Positions 59,191-64,000 of a stretch of DNA of 64,000 nucleotides are shown here, piece by piece. Below the pieces are notes generated by a model, which was not told the DNA's origin, did no database searches, and saw nothing but the letters and a program-made list of their open reading frames with translations. Both the position numbers and the translations under genes were made by a program. The stretch is from an uncultured delta proteobacterium (lineage in GTDB: Bacteria > Desulfobacterota > Binatia > UBA9968), in NCBI GenBank assembly GCA_963840855.1, contig CAWJBB010000079.1, forward strand, positions 128,001-192,000, read 5' to 3'. Numbering within the stretch: position 1 is the stretch's first letter; every line of letters starts with the position of its first letter.

Positions 59191-60071
59191 ATGGTCTTCC
59201 CACGCGATCAAATTCCATACTCGGCGATCATCGACCGCCCCGCACTTCGTCTGCCAAAATCCGCTCGGGTCGTGGTGTGGGTCATCGTCAACGTAGAGGA
59301 GTGGGATATTCAAGGTCCGATGCCGCGCACCGTGCTCCCGCCGCCGAGCGGAGCGCAAGTCATCCCCGACGTTCCCAACTTCGCCTGGTCTGAATACGGC
59401 ATGCGTGTCGGATTCTGGCGCCTGAAATCAGTTCTCGACAAGCACAAGATCAAAGCCACCCTGGCAATCAACGCTTCCGTTTGCCTCACCTATCCAAGAA
59501 TCGCTGAAGCTTCGCGAGAGGCCGGCTGGGAATTCATGGGCCACGGTTTCATCCAGAAGCCCATGCATCAGGTCGAAGATCAACGCGAGGCGATCCGGAA
59601 GTCCGTGGAGGTGATCCGCAAATTTACGGGGAAGGCGCCGTCAGGCTGGCTCGGTCCAGGGCTCACCGAGACGCCGGAAACTCTCGATCTGCTGGCCGAG
59701 GCCGGCCTTCAGTACGTCGCCGACTGGGTCAACGACGACCAACCCTACGAAATCAAGACCGCCCACGGCCCGCTCTTCTCGATTCCTTATGCGTGGAGCT
59801 TAACGACATCCCGATGATGGTTCTGCAGCACCACGACGCGGAGGAGTTTTTCCGCCGGGCTAAGGATCAGTTCGAAACGCTCTACGCTGAAGGAGCGAAA
59901 AGCGCCCGCGTGATGGCGATTGCGGTGCATCCGTATATCAGCGGCGTGCCGCATCGGATCAAGTATTTCGAGAAGACCTTTGCCTACTTGAAAAAACAGA
60001 AGGGCGTTCTCTTCTGGACCGGTGAAGAGATTCTGGAGTGGTATCGAGCGACGCGATCAAAGCACGGGTGA
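59191..60071 (+). CDS. Polysaccharide deacetylase family protein (PuuE allantoinase-like); frameshift near 59793
   Basis: YSAIIDRP.L..P, EYGMRVGFWR, EFMGHG, GWLGPGLTE, DDQP; continues ELND...AVHPYISGVPHR. Confidence 0.88.
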
Positions 60072-60194
60072 GCGGATCTCATCCCGTTTTCACGGGAATG
60101 ACGGATGGCCGGAAGAACATCTCAGCGGTTCACACCTAGACTATGTTTGATTTTCGATTGAATCTAATATCGGCAATCCAAAATCCAAAATAAT

Positions 60195-61175
60195 TCATGT
60201 GTCATAGATTTCCGGGTTGTAGAGGTTCGGCGGCTTCCTGCCCTCGATGACGGAGATGGCATTGTCAACCAGGATGCCCGCGACCCGTTCGCGCGTATCA
60301 AGCGCGGCGCTTCCGAGGTGAGGAGTTAACACCACGTTGGCCAAGTTGATGAGGCCCGGCTCGACCATCGGCTCACGCTCATACACGTCGAGCGCCGCGC
60401 CGGCGATCCGCTTCTCTTCCAGCGCTCGCACCAGAGCCTTCTCATCTACAATGGGACCGCGTGCCGTGTTCACGAGATACGCGCTCGGCCGCATGAGAGC
60501 CAACTCTCGCTGGCCGATCAGGTGGACAGTCTCAGGGCTCAGCGCGGCATTGACCGAGACGAAGTCGGATTCCTTCAAGAGATCGTCCAAGCTTCGGTAC
60601 TCGACACCGAGCGCCGCTTCTCGCGCTTCATCGAGTCTGCGACGCTTTGTGTAGAGGATGCGCATGCGAAATCCTCGGGCGCGCCGGGCCACGGCTTCGC
60701 CGATGGCGCCGAGTCCGACAATGCCCAAAGTCTTGCCGTTGACTTCACCGCCGACGAAATGGAGCGACTGGCTGCCGGGAAAAATCCCCGAGCGGAGAGC
60801 GCGATCGCCTTCCACGATTCGGCGCGCCACGGCCATAAGAAGCGCCCAATGGAGATCTGCCGTGGCTTCAGTAACGAGCGGCGAAATGTTTGTCACGGGT
60901 ATGCGCCGCGCGTTCGCCGCCGCCACATCGACTCCAGATGGCGTGATCGCCATCGAGGCGATCAGCTTGAGATTGGGGTTGGCGTTGATAACTTCAGCGT
61001 CCACGCGATCGTGCAGCATGCAGACGAGATAGTCGTTCCGCCTGAGTGCGGCGATCAGCTCAGGTTTCGTGATGATATGAGTGGAATCAGGGTTCAATTC
61101 GACTTCAGCGACTTCCCGAAGGCGGGCCAACGCGTTTTCCGGGATCGGCTGTGTAAGAAAGATTCTTGGAGCCAT
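60195..61175 (-). CDS. D-2-hydroxyacid dehydrogenase (glyoxylate/hydroxypyruvate reductase-like)
   Basis: TEATAD, GIVGLGAIG, NTARG, ALDVYEREP, TPHLGS. Confidence 0.95.
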   Translation of the reverse strand: MAPRIFLTQPIPENALARLREVAEVELNPDSTHIITKPELIAALRRNDYLVCMLHDRVDAEVINANPNLKLIASMAITPSGVDVAAANARRIPVTNISPLVTEATADLHWALLMAVARRIVEGDRALRSGIFPGSQSLHFVGGEVNGKTLGIVGLGAIGEAVARRARGFRMRILYTKRRRLDEAREAALGVEYRSLDDLLKESDFVSVNAALSPETVHLIGQRELALMRPSAYLVNTARGPIVDEKALVRALEEKRIAGAALDVYEREPMVEPGLINLANVVLTPHLGSAALDTRERVAGILVDNAISVIEGRKPPNLYNPEIYDT

Positions 61176-61501
61176 TGCTTGACGTTCGAGACGATTATCT
61201 CAGCCTGCAAAAACATACCACCAACAGGTCGGAACGAGAAGAGAGAGCACAATGGGTAGTGGTTCACTTTAGAGCAAGATCCCTCGTCCTGCGGCTCGGA
61301 ATGACAATTCGACACTGCTCGTCATTTCGAGGGCCTTCGACTAAGCTCATGGCCAAACTCCGCGAGAAATCCTGCTTCCTGATAGCGGGGGGAATTTTAA
61401 TTGAACCAACCGGAGATTGACAATCATTGCTGAGATGACTTAAGTGTCGCTATCTGAAAACCAAATGTGAATTGCCTTACTCCTATAACTAAGGAGGCTC
61501 T

Positions 61502-62752
61502 ATGGTAACCCGCAGCACATCGAGTTTCGGCCTGGTCGGCACCGATTGGCAGCAGCGCATCAACTGGGAGCGCCTGAGGAAGTACCGCTTGAATCGCGCC
61601 CGAGACGCGATGAAGCGAAATGGCCTGGGTGCTCTGCTCGCAATGTACGATGAAAACGTCCGCTACATCTCCAGCACCGTTACCCCCGGCTGGTGTCGGC
61701 TAAAGCCCGGCCTGCGTTACGCGTTGCTTTGCGAAGGCTCCGAGCCGATCCTTTTCGAGCAGGGAGACATCGGCATACAGATCAATCGCCACTGCCCGTG
61801 GATTCCGCGCGATAACGTGCGCTACGCATACTCGTGGATCAAAGGAGCCGTCGGCGGCGCTTCGCGCCAGCAGGTGAAAAAGTTTACCAACGCAATTGTC
61901 GAGGAGCTCAGGAAGTACCATGTGGAGAAAGCGCCTCTTGGGGTCGACTTCATCGACCTCAACATGATGAACGCTTTTAAGGAGGCGGACATCAATTATA
62001 CCGACGGCGCATCGCCGATGGTGGAAGCGCGCGCGATCAAGAACGAGGATGAGCTGGAAGCGATGCGGATTGTGGCGGCTATCTGCGATGCCTGCCATTC
62101 CGCCATCTCCAAGTTCATCAGGCCCGGCATGCAGGAGCATCAGATTACCGCCTACGCCATGAACTTCCTGTATAACATTCCTGGAGTCGAAGACGTGGAG
62201 GACATTATTGTCTCCTCAGGCCCGAACAGCTGGCCCAACTGGCGTCATTTTTCTGATCGCATCATCCAGCCCGGCGATCTCGTGATCATCGACATGGCGG
62301 CGGTCACCTGGAACGGTTACAAAAGCTGCATGTATCGCACTTACTGTGTCGGCAAAAAGCCGACCCAGGAGCAGAAGGACTACTACAACATCGCTTATGA
62401 GTGGCTCTATCGGGCAATAGACAAAGTGACGCCCGGAGCGACGACCAAAGAAATCGCGGAGTGCTGGCCCTCAGCGATGGATACGTGGGGCTACAAGGAA
62501 GAGGATCAGGCTGCGGCCAACCTCTGGGGCCATGGACTCGGTTTGGCCCAGTATGACACTCCGGTCATCTCGCGGATTTACTCGCTGGATTTCCCTGTAG
62601 TCATTCAGCCCGGAATGAGCTTCGCTTTAGAGACGCAGCACGGCAAACCGCTTCAGTGGGGCGTGAGATTAGAAGAAATGATGGTAGTAACGGAAAAAGG
62701 CCCGGAGGTCACCACGCAATTTCCGATAGAAGAAATTACCGTCATCGACTAG
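61502..62752 (+). CDS. M24 family (Xaa-Pro peptidase/creatinase-like) protein
   Basis: ARAIKNEDE, IQPGDLVIID, GHGLG, GMSFALET, GVRLEE; AAGGAGG RBS. Confidence 0.9.
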   Translation: MVTRSTSSFGLVGTDWQQRINWERLRKYRLNRARDAMKRNGLGALLAMYDENVRYISSTVTPGWCRLKPGLRYALLCEGSEPILFEQGDIGIQINRHCPWIPRDNVRYAYSWIKGAVGGASRQQVKKFTNAIVEELRKYHVEKAPLGVDFIDLNMMNAFKEADINYTDGASPMVEARAIKNEDELEAMRIVAAICDACHSAISKFIRPGMQEHQITAYAMNFLYNIPGVEDVEDIIVSSGPNSWPNWRHFSDRIIQPGDLVIIDMAAVTWNGYKSCMYRTYCVGKKPTQEQKDYYNIAYEWLYRAIDKVTPGATTKEIAECWPSAMDTWGYKEEDQAAANLWGHGLGLAQYDTPVISRIYSLDFPVVIQPGMSFALETQHGKPLQWGVRLEEMMVVTEKGPEVTTQFPIEEITVID

Positions 62753-62893
62753 TGAACTGTAACAGCTACATAGCGTTTGCCGTTCATGGTTCGAGAGCCT
62801 CACCACGAACGGCTTATGCCTTGACCGTTCACCCTGAGCTTGTCGAAGGGTTCCTCGAATTTAGACACGAATTAACGGTTACAGTTCACTAGT
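62748..62893. mobile_element. MITE-like element with perfect 16 bp inverted ends, overlapping the M24 stop codon
   Basis: ACTAGTGAACTGTAAC ... GTTACAGTTCACTAGT. Confidence 0.8.
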
Positions 62894-62979
62894 GTCCTGT
62901 CCCGGAAATTCCGTGGACAATTCGATGGTCCTTGACGACATTCCCAACGGCACCGGACACCACGGTAGATACGAGGTTT

Positions 62980-64000
62980 CGATTAAGCGCCGAACTAAAA
63001 CACCGAAGCTGCGAAAGCGCGCGGCTGCCCAAGCCCGGCGCTCGCATGACGCCACGGGCACGATCGACATTCACGCCCACTTCGTCCCGGAAGAGTATCT
63101 CCGGATTATCGAGGCGGAAGGAGAACCTTACGGCGTACGCCTCCGGCCTGGTCCGGATGGACCGATGATCTTGGTCGGCCAAGCCACGATTGGCCCGATC
63201 ACAGCGCACTATCACAATCTAGACCTCCGGCTGAAAGCCATGAATAGGCAGGATGTGACGGTGCATGCTCTTTCGCTCAACCCGCCGATGGTCTACTGGG
63301 CGGATGGCGCTCTCGGCATCCGCTTGGCGAGAATCGTCAACGACGCGATGGCCGAGGCAACGCGGTTGCATCCGGACCGCTTCGTCGCTCTCGCCACGCT
63401 CCCCATGCAAGATCCCGAGGCTGCTGTGACTGAACTGAATCGGGCAGTGACACAACTCGGTTGCCGCGGCATCTATCTCGGCACGAACATTCGCGGAAAA
63501 GAGCTGACCGATCCTTTGTTCCTGCCGGTCTTTGAGCGCATCCAGGCGCTGCAAGCGCCGGTTTTTCTTCATCCGCTCAACGTCATCGGCTCCCAGCGGC
63601 TTACCAACTACTACTTGCATAACCTTCTGGGAAATCCGTTTGACACCGCGGTCGCAGCCGCCAACTTGATCTTCAGCGGACTTCTTGATCGTTTTCCCAA
63701 GCTCAATATCTGCCTGCCGCATGCCGGCGGCGCCTTTCCCTATCTCATCGGCCGTCTCGATCGCGGTTGGAAAGTGCGACAGGAGTGCAAGGCGCTCAAG
63801 AGGCCCCCTTCGAACTATCTGAGGCGTTTCACCTACGACACGATCAGCCACGCTCCGGCATCACTTGATTATCTCATCAAACTCGTGGGCGATCGATCGC
63901 GTGATGATGGGAAGCGATTTCTGCTTTGACATGGGCTACGAGCGGCCGGTCAAAGCCGTAAGCGCGCTCAAGCTAAGCCGCACTGATCAAGAAAAAATCC
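62980..64000 (+). CDS. Amidohydrolase-2 family protein (ACMS decarboxylase-like); start uncertain, frameshift near 63893, runs off the window
   Basis: IDIHAH, ALATLPMQD, VFLHP, GNPFDT, HAGGAFP; shifted frame DRVMMGSDFCFDMG. Confidence 0.88.

Overview
GC-rich bacterial window. The expanded orphan TctC/AfuA/TauA-type binding proteins and dense REP-like intergenic palindromes suggest a Binatota/deltaproteobacterium-like metagenomic genome (inference only). Many single-base indels suggest long-read error and/or strain mixing. Left arm: oppD/oppF, a leaderless M6 metalloprotease behind a sigma54 motif, a TctC-like protein and a CoxMSL-like Mo-hydroxylase that is not a CO dehydrogenase. 10.6-25.0 kb carries near-identical tandem copies (a 1.5 kb partial and a 6.5 kb block). 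The core is a co-directional minus-strand cluster (44.4 to 20.1 kb). It encodes six exported amidohydrolase-3 paralogs with a remodelled active site, five of them directly followed by an exported rhodanese-fold gene (predicted mature N-terminus Xaa-His, usually CxC). It also encodes CopC, a CopD-cytochrome c-redoxin fusion and a six-gene MoxR/DUF58/VWA/TPR module resembling mxaRSACKL/bat. One amidohydrolase-rhodanese pair has lost all cysteines in both partners. This is the best candidate for an undescribed periplasmic metalloenzyme plus maturation system. To the right lie two divergent Cys-rich porin-like genes, five TPR lipoproteins, CTAG-flanked MITEs, a decayed DUF4338-IS4 element and small-molecule catabolic genes. 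No rRNA, tRNA or CRISPR array was found.
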